Source of the DNA: the human T2T-CHM13v2.0 reference genome, Homo sapiens
NCBI RefSeq assembly: GCF_009914755.1
Contig: NC_060941.1
Reading direction: 5' to 3' (one strand)
Length of the DNA: 64,000 nt
Of the stretch, positions 41,944 through 53,689 are shown piece by piece. The first letter of the stretch is position 1. Every line of letters begins with the position of its first letter. The notes under the pieces were generated by a model, which was not told where the DNA came from, did no database searches, and saw only the letters and a program-made list of their open reading frames with translations. Position numbers and translations under genes: made by a program.

Positions 41944-42879
41944 TTCAAGCGCGTCCCCGCAGCCCGCCGGCCACGCACCGCACGCACGCGTCCTCCCCGC
42001 GCGGGGTGGCGGCCGGCGGGAGCCACGTGGAGCAGCCGCGGTGCCTCCGGCCACGCCTGGCTCCCGATGCCGCGAAGGGGGTCTTGGGGCAGGCCCCGCT
42101 CCCCGAAGCTGTCGCTGCGGCTCCTGCCAGCCGGGAGACGACGAGGGGAAGGGGTGGGCCGCGCTGGGCCTTCCGTCCATCCGTCCTTCCCCAGCTCTGC
42201 GGGGGCTAAATCCGTCTTCAACAAACCTCGCGAAAAAGCCGAGGGGGGGACGCGCCGTTGCTGGAGAATAGGTCAGAAGTGACAGCAGAATGGGCCGCTG
42301 AGACCCCCGTCCCCGCCCCGGTCCTCCGTCGGCCTGGCGGGCGGCGACGTGGGGAGGGGCCGCTCAGAAGCCGGGGTCGCCCGGGCCGGGGAACTTCCTC
42401 GCGCCGACGCCCACTCCCCACGGGCCGCACTCGCCGAGGGGCCGAAAGGGGCTCCAGTGGAGGACGCGGTGGGAGCTGGGTCCCGCTCTAGCTGCCGACG
42501 CCGGCGGTGCCCGGGTCTCCGGGAGCGCAGTTTTTGGCACAAAGTAGCGCCGAAGACCCTGCCGGGTGTCCCGCCGCGGCTGCCGCTGTGCCCGCGCAGG
42601 GCCGGCTCGTGAATGCGTGCGGGGGCTTTCGAGGGCGCTTCCTCTACCCTGCGCGCCCGGGGGAGCTGTCCGGTCGCCGCCGGCAGGCAGAGGCTTCGGG
42701 CCCCATGGGTGCCCCCGAGACCCCGGATCGTGCGCTGAGAATGTCGACGTTTCAAACGAGCCAGCAGAGCGGGCCGGAGCCTTGGTCGGGAACCGGCGCC
42801 GCGTGCGCACTGGCCGGCGAGGCCTCTGGCCCGCCGGGGAAGGAGCCCAGAGCGCCTGTCTCCCCGGTAGAAACCAACA

Positions 42880-43440
42880 CACACAAATAATTATCCGTAT
42901 TTCCCACACTGGGGGATTGGGAGTAAGGAGCAAGGATAGGGGAGGGGACAGGATCCAACCCGCTGGTTTTTTACTTTAAAAATTATATATTTTATGTCAC
43001 GATCGCTTTTCGTTAAGACCACAAACATCCAATTTGGCTTGGCGTAATAAAATCAGCCGGAGCTCCCTTAAACGGAGCCATTCCGGTGAATTAAGTTGTG
43101 AAATCTAATCTATTATATCCATAAAGGAGAATGCTTTCATTGTAAATTCAGGTTACAAAGAAACTATACCTGGGCCGCCGGCCTCCCTTTCGGATTTACT
43201 ACTTGAAGGCTTATCAAATTACTTCAAAATGCTGGGCTACCCCCTCCATATCTCATGGCAACAAAAATTAAACGTGGCAACATTTCTTTTAATAGTAGGA
43301 AAGGTCAAAAACAACCGCCACAACAAGGGGATATAATTTTTAAAAGACATCCTTCCCCACCCCGGGATGTCTTCTCCGCGTTTGGAAGCGCCCTTCCTAT
43401 TTTCCCAATTAATTCGAGTTTTTAAAATATCTAAACGCGC
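42880..43440. promoter_or_regulatory. Candidate conserved enhancer (fossil intron 3)
   Basis: AT-rich block within the CpG island with GTAATAAA, CCATAAA, TAATC, AATTAA sites. Confidence 0.5.
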
Positions 43441-44599
43441 CACGACTTCCTTCAGGTTCTCCCCCGCTCCACGAGGCGTCTGAGGCGCAGCTCCCGGATG
43501 GATCGCACGTGGGGCCGCAGACCCTGGGCGCCCGGACGTCAGCCGGAGGCGCGGGGATCTCGTGGCTCCGCTGCGAACCTGCGCCCCACCGCGGCCCGCA
43601 CACCTGGGCCGAGCCGGGGCCGCCTCGGGAGCCCCTCGCTGGCTCCTGGGCGCCCCACTCGGCTCAGCAATGTCCGGGCCAGACAAAGGAGTCGCCAGGG
43701 AGGGGTTAATCCGCCCCTCACCCTTCTCCGTCCTTCCTTCCGCCCCCTTCTCAGGCGGCGCGGAGGAGAGAAGATGCGGCCCCTAATAATGTGTTTGGTT
43801 TAACCTGCGGGGTGTGGGTATTTGCTGCGCTTTCTTGGGTGAGGGTTGGGCCCCTTCCCTTCCACCTTCCTCCACTCCTGTGCATGATACCCTGGCTGGG
43901 GCCTGGGGCGTCCTGCGCTGGCCAGAAGTCAGGGTCACCAGGGACTCTCCGTTCTCGCTCCCGAAGAGGGGACTTGCGCGGACGGCGAGGAGGATCGATG
44001 CGTTCCTGAGTTCCCAGGGAAACGAGGCCGCGGCTGTTGTCACGTCGCGAGGAAGATTTATGAGGCGCGGGCCGAGCATGGCCCGGCCCGGCGGAGGCCG
44101 CCCGCGCACCCAGGCTAATCTTTGATTTCCATCTGATTATTTTTTTTTTCCTGCCATCTCCAAGTCGGCGTCCGGAAAGGCGAACAAAGGGAGGAGGATG
44201 GGGGATGGGGGCGCCAAGCGGTGGCGAGGGCTCGGTCCGGCAACCTTCCTCCTCAGTGGGGGCCCTTGGGCGCCCCAGGCTCGCGCCCAATGCGGGGCCC
44301 AGGAGGGCGCAGTTTGAAAGGTGACCGGGCTGGGGCTGTCGGAGACCCGCTCTGCGGGGTGGCCCTTCTAGCCGCTAGGCCCACGACAGGACTTCTAGGG
44401 AGGGGTCCCTGCAAATGCCCTTGGGCGAAGAGAGGACGGAAAGAATATTCTCCCTTAAATTGCAATTAAGGGTGTGCGGGGCGGGGGTGCTTGGGGGGTG
44501 CTGCGGCAGGCCGGGTTCGCTCAACCGGAGGCAGCAGCTCAGCCCTGGGCCGATAAGGCCGAGGGAAACGGGATTTCTTTGCTTCCCGCACGGAAAAGA

Positions 44600-44820
44600 T
44601 CCATCCAAGCGGGTAAGAGGGAAGCGAAGCTTGCATTTTTTATGTTGAAAAAAAAATTCAAAATGGAAAATCATTTTATTGGTCACCACCCATAAGTAAA
44701 CTAAAAACAGGGATAATTAGAGTGTGGGGATTTGGAGGGACCATAAATCTGCGGCGCCTTTTCCACTGGAATCAGGAGCCTTTATGGCTTGTTGAGTTTT
44801 ATTTTGAGAGAAATGAGATC
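44600..44820. promoter_or_regulatory. Candidate HOX/CDX-site cluster
   Basis: TTTTATTGG, GTAAAC, GATAATTAG, CCATAAA, TTTATGG within ~200 bp. Confidence 0.45.
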
Positions 44821-45745
44821 CCTGGCTTTGGTGCAGGCGGGTGTGCGCTCCGAGCGTCTTTCGGCGGGGGGGAGGGGGGAGCAGGAGGGGCGAGGAGACT
44901 TGCGCAGTCAGGGAGCCGCGAACCCCGAGTCTCGGTCCTCGAAGGCGGCAGGAGAAACCGCGCGCTGTGCCCCGACCTCTCTCGCCCTGGCCAACCGCGA
45001 CTTGGGACGAGCTGGAGGAGCTTCCCCCGGGCTCCGGACGCCCGCGCCGAAAACCGGGCCATGGGTACCAAACCCGACTCTAGGCGGTCATTCACTTTGT
45101 CCCCACCCAAACTCTGATGAGCTATTTGGGAGTGCGCGGGGACTGGGAAGTGAGGGACTTTTATAACATTCTTCTTTCGACTCCGGCTTCCGAGCCCACC
45201 ACCCATCTTGCCTCCTTCGCCTCCGCCCTTTGTTCTAAACTGGGGAGGGGGGAGGGGGGAGAGAAAAGGACACAAAATCACCGCCCCCCCGTCAAATCCT
45301 TAAATTTCCAATCTTCCGCAAAATGGCCTGGAATCCATTTCACTCCATAGGGGTTCTATCCCCCACCGGGTGGAGGCCAGCTTTCCAATCTCCCACACAA
45401 GCAGGATCCTTTCCCACTTCTGAAAGTCTTCAAACCCAGTCACCCCAAATGCAAACATCGTGTGAAACCCCATTAATCAGGTAAGAAAGTAGGGAGAGCT
45501 CTGACTCAGCTGCCTCTAATTTTGGGAGGAGAAAGAGAAAGTGAGTTTCTCTTTCATCAAGTACCCCAAAATAACAGCGCTCCTTCCCTTCAGCCCGCTC
45601 CAACCGCAGCCTTGCCTTTGTTGAAAGACCCCTGTCCTTCCTAGGAAGGGGGGCGGGGAGGACAGGCTCACATTCCGAAGAGTTCTGTCCCCAAAACTGT
45701 TCGAAGATTCTTTTGTTTGACGTGCACATGGGGGAGGGGAAGGAG

Positions 45746-45866
45746 CCCGCTCAGGCCACCCGGCCTCCTCGGACCCCGCTCAGGCCACCCGGCCTCCTCG
45801 GACCCCGCTCAGGCCACCCGGCCTCCTCGGACCCCGCCCAGGCCACCCGGCCTCCTCGGACCCCGC
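45746..45866. repeat. 29-bp minisatellite, ~4 copies
   Basis: Unit CCCGCTCAGGCCACCCGGCCTCCTCGGAC; period checked at 45751/45780/45809/45838. Confidence 0.95.
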
Positions 45867-47039
45867 AGAATACCCCCAAAGCCCATGGGCGTCTCCTAAC
45901 CGTGTAAGTCCGGGGCTCCGGGGGCTAGGAGGGGCTGCTCCAAGACAAGGGAAGCTGCCCGCCAGATTGGGGCCAATATCGGGCTTTCCCAACCCAAGCT
46001 TCCTCCGAAAACAACCCCCTCAAAACTGAGCATCCCTACTAGAAAAAATCCGCATTTTCCAGGAGGACGGGGTGGGAGAGCTTCGGGGAACAAAGCCCGG
46101 TCCTCCCAGCTCTGAGGCCGAGGCAGGGCGCACCTCCTCCTGGGCGAATTCAATCGGAGCTGCAGAAGAGACAAGCATTTCCAAACTGGCACCCGCTCCG
46201 AGCCCAAGGTGAGGGTGGAGAAGGGTCCCTGGTGGAAGCTGCAGGAACACTTTGGGCCGGGGTCTACCCCGCGTTCGGCGGCTCCCCGAATCCCGCAGAA
46301 AGACACGTTTGCAGCGAAAGGCTCTTACACACCAGCCGGGATTTTATTCGTTCCCTACCGAGAGTGCGCTCTGGGAGCGCGGGAAACAAGGAAAACGCAC
46401 GTACCTGGCGGCGCTCCGAGGGCGGCCTCGCGGGCCCTCCGCTGGCGAAGGCCCCCAGAAGCCACTCCCCGCCCGGCTGCTCGCCCCACGGCCAGTCCCT
46501 CCCTCCCCGGCGACGCACCCCGCCGAGCCAGCTCACAGGAAGCGCCAGGAGCCGGAGACCTGGCTCGCCTTTCCGGGCGCTGCGTCCGTCTTCGACCGCC
46601 AGGGCCCGCGTCCTCTCCCCGGCCACGGCCCACCAGAGGGACCCCGCGGCGGGTCCTGGCTCGGGCGCGTCCTTCTGCGTCCGAGTTCCCAGGTTCCCGG
46701 CCGAGCTGCGGAGACGGACGCGGAGCCCTCGGGGAAGACGAGGCGGCGGCGGCCGCCGTCCGGGCAGGAGCCCCGGGGCGGGAGGGGTGCAGGGCGGAGG
46801 AGCGGGCGGGATCCCAGCGCCCCGCGCCCCGCGGCCGCCGCCCTCCGGGGCGCCCAGCCCCACCCACGTGGAACCGCCCCGCCCCCGCCGCCCCGCCCCC
46901 ACGAGGGAAGGCACCCGAGCCTCGCCGCACACCCGCGCCTCCCGGTCCCGGGCCCGAAACACCGCGCCCCTCCCCCAGCGCCGTGCTCCCCGCCTCTCCA
47001 GCGCGCGGCTCCCGCCCGACCCGCGCGCCCGCCCGACCC

Positions 47040-47150
47040 GCCCCCAACCCCGCCCAATCACCGCCCTCCGCGGCTGCTCCCTTTGTCTGAGCCCCCGGCG
47101 CAGGCCAATGGAATCACGCGGAGGCGCGGGCGGCTTGGCCAATGGAAGGC
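47040..47150 (-). promoter_or_regulatory. TATA-less promoter: GC box plus three CCAAT (NF-Y) boxes
   Basis: CCCCGCCC 47048-47055; CCAAT at 47054, 47105 and 47139, all in one orientation (inverted relative to the minus-strand fossil). Confidence 0.65.
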
Positions 47151-48851
47151 CCAGGGGGCGTGGCTGGCGGGAGGGGCTGCGGGCGGCCGGGTTCTATGCG
47201 CTGAGACCCGAGACTGCGTCGCCGGCGGGTGCGCCCAGGTCGCCCAGCTAGAGCCGGCAGGATCCCGCCGCCGGGTTGTGGGTTTTTGACTCTCCCTCCG
47301 CTGTCGGGAGAAGCGCCTGAGTGGGGAGGGAGGTGGGAGGAGGTGGCCCCGCGTCGGGGGTGCGGGGAGCGGGACGGCGGCTTGGATGGACACGGTCAGC
47401 CCCGGGCCGGAGAGGGTTCGGCTCAGAGCAGCCTGGGTTCTGTTCAGAGCCCTACTGTGCACGTTTCCGCGAGGATCTGCGGAGAGACGTGCAGGCGACG
47501 CAGGCCCCGGGAAGGAAGGAGGGTACCTGGGCTCGGACGAGCGATAACGCTGTGTTCTGTGACTCCGTACAAACGGATCCTGGAGTCCAGGGAAAGCGTC
47601 CCAGGCCCCCAGCCCGGGCAGGGTTCGTGGGATTGGCGTCCGCTGCCCCAGGCTTACCCCGAATGGAGGAGTGACCCCTGTCCCCTGAGCTGGGTCGCAT
47701 TGAGGGGAAATGCCAGGACACCCGCACCAGGGCCCAGGCACTGAAATCTGGAGCGGAGCACAGCCAGGCGGCTTGGCCTGTGCCCCGCGCCCTCCCCAGA
47801 GGGGGTCTTCTTCCAGGCTGGAGCGCACATCTCCCCTGGAGCAGGGGGTGAGGGAAGGGCCTCCTGTGCCCTCAGTCAGGCCCTGTAGGGCAGCAAGGGT
47901 GGAGAATGCCTGGACCTTCTTATCTTGTTACCCCGATTGCCTTCACCACGGCAGGGGAAAAAGTGACAAAACTGCCTTTGGGATGCCAAAGAGCTGGTGA
48001 GTGTCGCTTTCTCTGTAACAGAAACATGTAAAGCGGGTTGTCTGTTTCTAGGTGGAGGACTTTGGTCCGCTGTGTCCTGCATCTTCTTTAAAAGTAATAG
48101 ACACAGTCTTAATTCACTGAGAAGGAGGCACATATGGGTGTCAGCAGTCCCAGGCCTCAGGGAACGTGCTTCTCACATTTTCCTAAGTTTCCAAACCTTG
48201 TCAAAGTGAAATCACAAACTAGAATAAAAACAGAGGCAAAGCAGCCCCTGGCCGTGAGATTTCAAAGGGCCTCTCCCTGCAGGGTCCAGTCCATCCCTGC
48301 AGGGTAAGTGGAGCCCTGGGCATAAATAAGGCACAGCATGGCAGAGGAGCCAGCACCAGGGAACACAGTCTTGTCACAAACATCCCAGGATCTGCTGGAG
48401 TCCTGCCGGGCCAGCATGGGCCTTCTCAGTCCTCAGGTCCCTGGCACTGTTGTCACCAAAGCCACGATCCCTCAACTGTTGTTGCCAAAGCCACTAGACA
48501 GCAACTTTTAAGACTCCACCCTGGGGTTCCCCACTCCAGGGGTCACCAGAATTCTGAGGCAGGCACTCTGCTGTGTCCCCTGAGGCCCACAGCAGCCCCA
48601 GGGTCTGGGGGACTCAGGGAGGACCTCCTAGCATCCTGACCTCCTCCAGCCCTGGTTGCAGCCCACAGACCCAGATCAATATGGCCTTAATGGTGTGGCT
48701 CCCAGGGATTAAGCAGCCAAGGCCAGAGACCTGAATGGGTTTAGAGGCTGAGAAGGGATTTAATCAAGGTAGCCCTCCATACAGTTCCTCCTGACACCCT
48801 CCTCTCCTGTTTCCAGTCCCTGGAGATGACAAAAAAAAAAAAAAAAACTGA

Positions 48852-49163
48852 GGCCAGGCACAGTGGCTCATGCCTGTAATCCCAGCACAGCACTTTGGGA
48901 GTCTGAGGCAGGCAGATCACCTGAGGTCAGGAGTTCAGGACCAGCCTGACCAACATGGAGAAACCCCATCTCTACTAAAAATACAAAATTAGCCAGCCTT
49001 GGTGGCGAATGCCTGTAGTCCCAACTATTCAGGAGGCTGAGGCAGGAGAATCGCTTGAACCCAGGAGGTAGAGGCTGTGGTGAGCCGAGATTGCGCCATT
49101 GCACTCCAGCCTGGGCAACAACGAGAGTGAAACTCCATCTCCAAAAAAACAAAGAAAAAAAAA
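48852..49163 (+). mobile_element. Alu (AluSp/Sq-like)
   Basis: CCTGACCAACATGGAGAAACCCC. Confidence 0.93.
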
Positions 49164-51622
49164 CTGTAAGTCCATTACAACCAGCAGGGACAAGATGGGT
49201 GCCCTCCGTGGCCCAGAAATCTGGAGGAGTCCTGGGGAGATGGGGGTGGGGACGTTGCTCTCGCTGGAGGGAAGAAATGACAGCCTTGGTGCCCAGAAGT
49301 GAAACCTGCTGGCAGGTGATGGCAGCTCCCAGAGGAGCCAAGGGGCCCTGGGACAGTGGGAGGGGGATGGCTGGGGTGTCTGTGGGAGGGCAGCCTCACC
49401 CTTGGCTGAGTACACTCAGCACAGGCAGTGGACAGAGAAGAGATCCCATTGTGGAATAACACCTGGAGGGAGCGGGGAGTCGTGGGCTCTGAGCCGTCAG
49501 CCACAGTTGAGGTGTCTGACCACGTGCTGCTGATGGACAAGCAGGGATCCCACACAAAGCTGGGATCACCAACCCCAAGGACGCACCACAAACTGAAGAA
49601 CTAACACGAGCGAACTAACTAGCGCAGAGCCGGCGCTGTACAGCGAGATTGGGTGCCCCTCCTCCTTGGCCTGGGCTAGACTGAATCTGCCAGGTTCCCT
49701 GGCAAGGGGTGTGGCCAGGTGGCCACCTGCAGTGGAGGTGACAGCAGTGACGTGTGCCTCTCCTGTGACTGGCCCAAAAGGCCCTCCATTAACTTTTCCT
49801 TTCCCAGGGCCTGGCAACAACCAGGGTGACACAGGAAGCTTCGCTTGAGGACAGCAGAGTCACCCTCAGCCTAGGGCTCTGAGTGACTGCAAGAATCAAG
49901 GCCATTGTCAAACGGAAACCCTGCCATGGTTGTCAAGAGAGAAATCCACTTCTCTTTTGTTTAGGCATTTACACCAGCGTCTATGCCTCAGAGCAGTTTA
50001 ACTTACAATTCAATTAGCAATTTAATCATTGGTTTTTCACTCCCCCGTAGCAGAATTTTACATCCGTCTGCTTGCTGTGGTCTCTAGGTGGTGGGTGGGC
50101 TCTCCTCCCTTGACTTTGGGCTTGGCGAGTGACGTGCTCTGGCTAGTGGGAAGGTAGCAGATTTGAAATGGGCAAAGGTTTGGAATGTGCCAGCAAGGGC
50201 AGCCTGGTCTTCCTGCTTGCCAGGGACCCACTACAAGCAGGCTGTGCCCCAGAGAAGAATGGAGAACGCAGATAACTGACGGGGGCTCCAAGAAGCGAGA
50301 AACCTGGGCGGACCTCAGCCCAGCCCACATCCCAGAACCCGGAGGCCAGGGGCTTGGCCAGGTGGAGGTCGGCCCTAGCCCTGTGAGCGTGAGACTCGGC
50401 CACCAAGCTTTAAGGTCGTCGTTATGCAGCACTGTTGTGGCAAAAGCCGACTGATACACCTGCCCTGGCACTTGGGGATACAGGGAAACGGATGTGGTGA
50501 ATTGAAGATGATGCCACACGTCCCCTGGTGTGCCGAGGTAAAGGCTTGGGAACGCTGGGAAGAGGGAGGAAAGAGCCAGAAGGTTAGCGCGAGGCACTCA
50601 TTCCCTGTAGCTTGACTACTGTTTCCAGAAATTGAGGGCCGGTTTGCAATTAGAGTTACCCCAGAAAGTTGGGACTCCCAGGTTGAAAAAGCCACTGTTT
50701 ATGCCTCAAACAGTAGGAGAAAAGATGGTGGCTGTTCAAGGCCTGTCACTCAGGCAGCTCAGTCCAACAAAAGTGTGCAGGCCTACGGCAAAGATCAGAT
50801 GAAGGCTCAGGTTGCGGGGGGAGGGGAGCAGATGGCTTAATGAATCATCTGTCAGTTGGACCCGGAAGACAGTCATCGGGACCCACGGAAAGGCTCTGCC
50901 CATCCTAGAGAGGCAGGCTTTGGGCTGGGTCTTCTCCCTGGAGATGATGGTGACTTTTTCTAACACGATGTGTGGAGGAAGGGTGGGTCTCACAGATGTC
51001 TGGAGGCCAAGGGCTGGCTGGCTGCCGTCCGGCTGTCCAACAGAAGCCGTTACCCCTTCTCATGGGGCCCCTGGCTGGTCTGCATTCCCAGGCTCCCTCG
51101 CAGTAGGTGTGGCTGGGTAACCGTGGTGTCCAACAGAATCTGGCAGAAGCAGTGTGCACCAGTTTCAGGAGCAGGTCACCCTTCCAGGAGGCTTTTAGGG
51201 TTCCCCCTTCTGATGGCTGAAATGGGCACATCAGAGAGACTGTGGAAGACAAATGTGCAAGATGACAGGGCAGCCTTCAGCCTGGGGCCCAACCAGGCCC
51301 CACCCCGCAGGAGCACTTGCTTGGGCAGGTCAGGGATAAATAAGCCGCGGGCTGGCATGGGCAGCTACGTTTGGGGTCTATTTGCTACAGTTGTGTAACT
51401 TGCACTGAGCAAGAGTTTCAGAACACACAGTGTTCAAAAACACCAGTAATAGCTTCAGAGAGAAAAGAGATTTTGTTCTTTAAAAAAAGAATCTGGGGAA
51501 GTGAACTCAGATTTTTGCTTCCTTCCTCATAATTTTAGGTAGTATTCAAAAATTTACAAGAAGATTCAGAAATAATAACCAAGAAAACTGCATTCATGTG
51601 AACAAATAAAAATAAGCTTTGG

Positions 51623-51924
<302 letters not shown>

Positions 51925-51927
51925 AGA

Positions 51928-53684
<1,757 letters not shown>

Positions 53685-53689
53685 AAGCT

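Larger units (their letters stand above)
41920..47000 (-). pseudogene. Decayed unprocessed pseudogene (fossil) of an HLX/H2.0-like homeobox paralogue, four-exon layout
   Basis: Collinear frameshifted remnants of HLX motifs: SLW (46627-46641), AGPGG, FL*AG~ILHAG, EGLA, LGAPPG~LRPTPV, CFPRSQSALS~GFPQRLSPLS, KFGIDRILSA (46161-46188), homeobox 5' part RKRSW…LTDAQ (44850-44984), CAG|VKVWFQNRR-like (from 42855), ATTAAA (41938-41943). By-eye alignment to remembered HLX. Confidence 0.6.
41940..47760. promoter_or_regulatory. Large orphan CpG island (multi-part)
   Basis: Very high GC and CpG density at 41.95-42.87, 43.45-44.6, 44.8-45.2 and 45.75-47.75 kb; no Alu or other recognisable transposon. Confidence 0.92.

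Noticed and set aside
42250-42290. Minus-strand LQQRRV (FQNRRM-like) next to an acceptor-like tract
   Set aside because: Lacks W and has no AG at the expected position; kept only as an alternative.
42600-42700. Plus-strand GFRGRFLYPARPGELS…AE homeodomain-like spacing
   Set aside because: No helix 3 or other supporting motifs on that strand.
42690-42850. Minus-strand frame W…PRR…F…FE…F.S.D…WGPK resembling DBX helices 1-2, and an LK-VDILSA eh1-like string
   Set aside because: Low identity and overlaps the exon-4 interpretation; 44850-44984 and 46161-46188 fit better and in the right order. Shows how easily GC-rich DNA gives chance matches.
46209-47289. Overlapping 174-345 aa ORFs in all six frames
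   Set aside because: Stop-codon depletion in extremely GC-rich DNA; R/P/G/A-rich with no domain; the HLX-like motifs hop between frames, so none is a real CDS.
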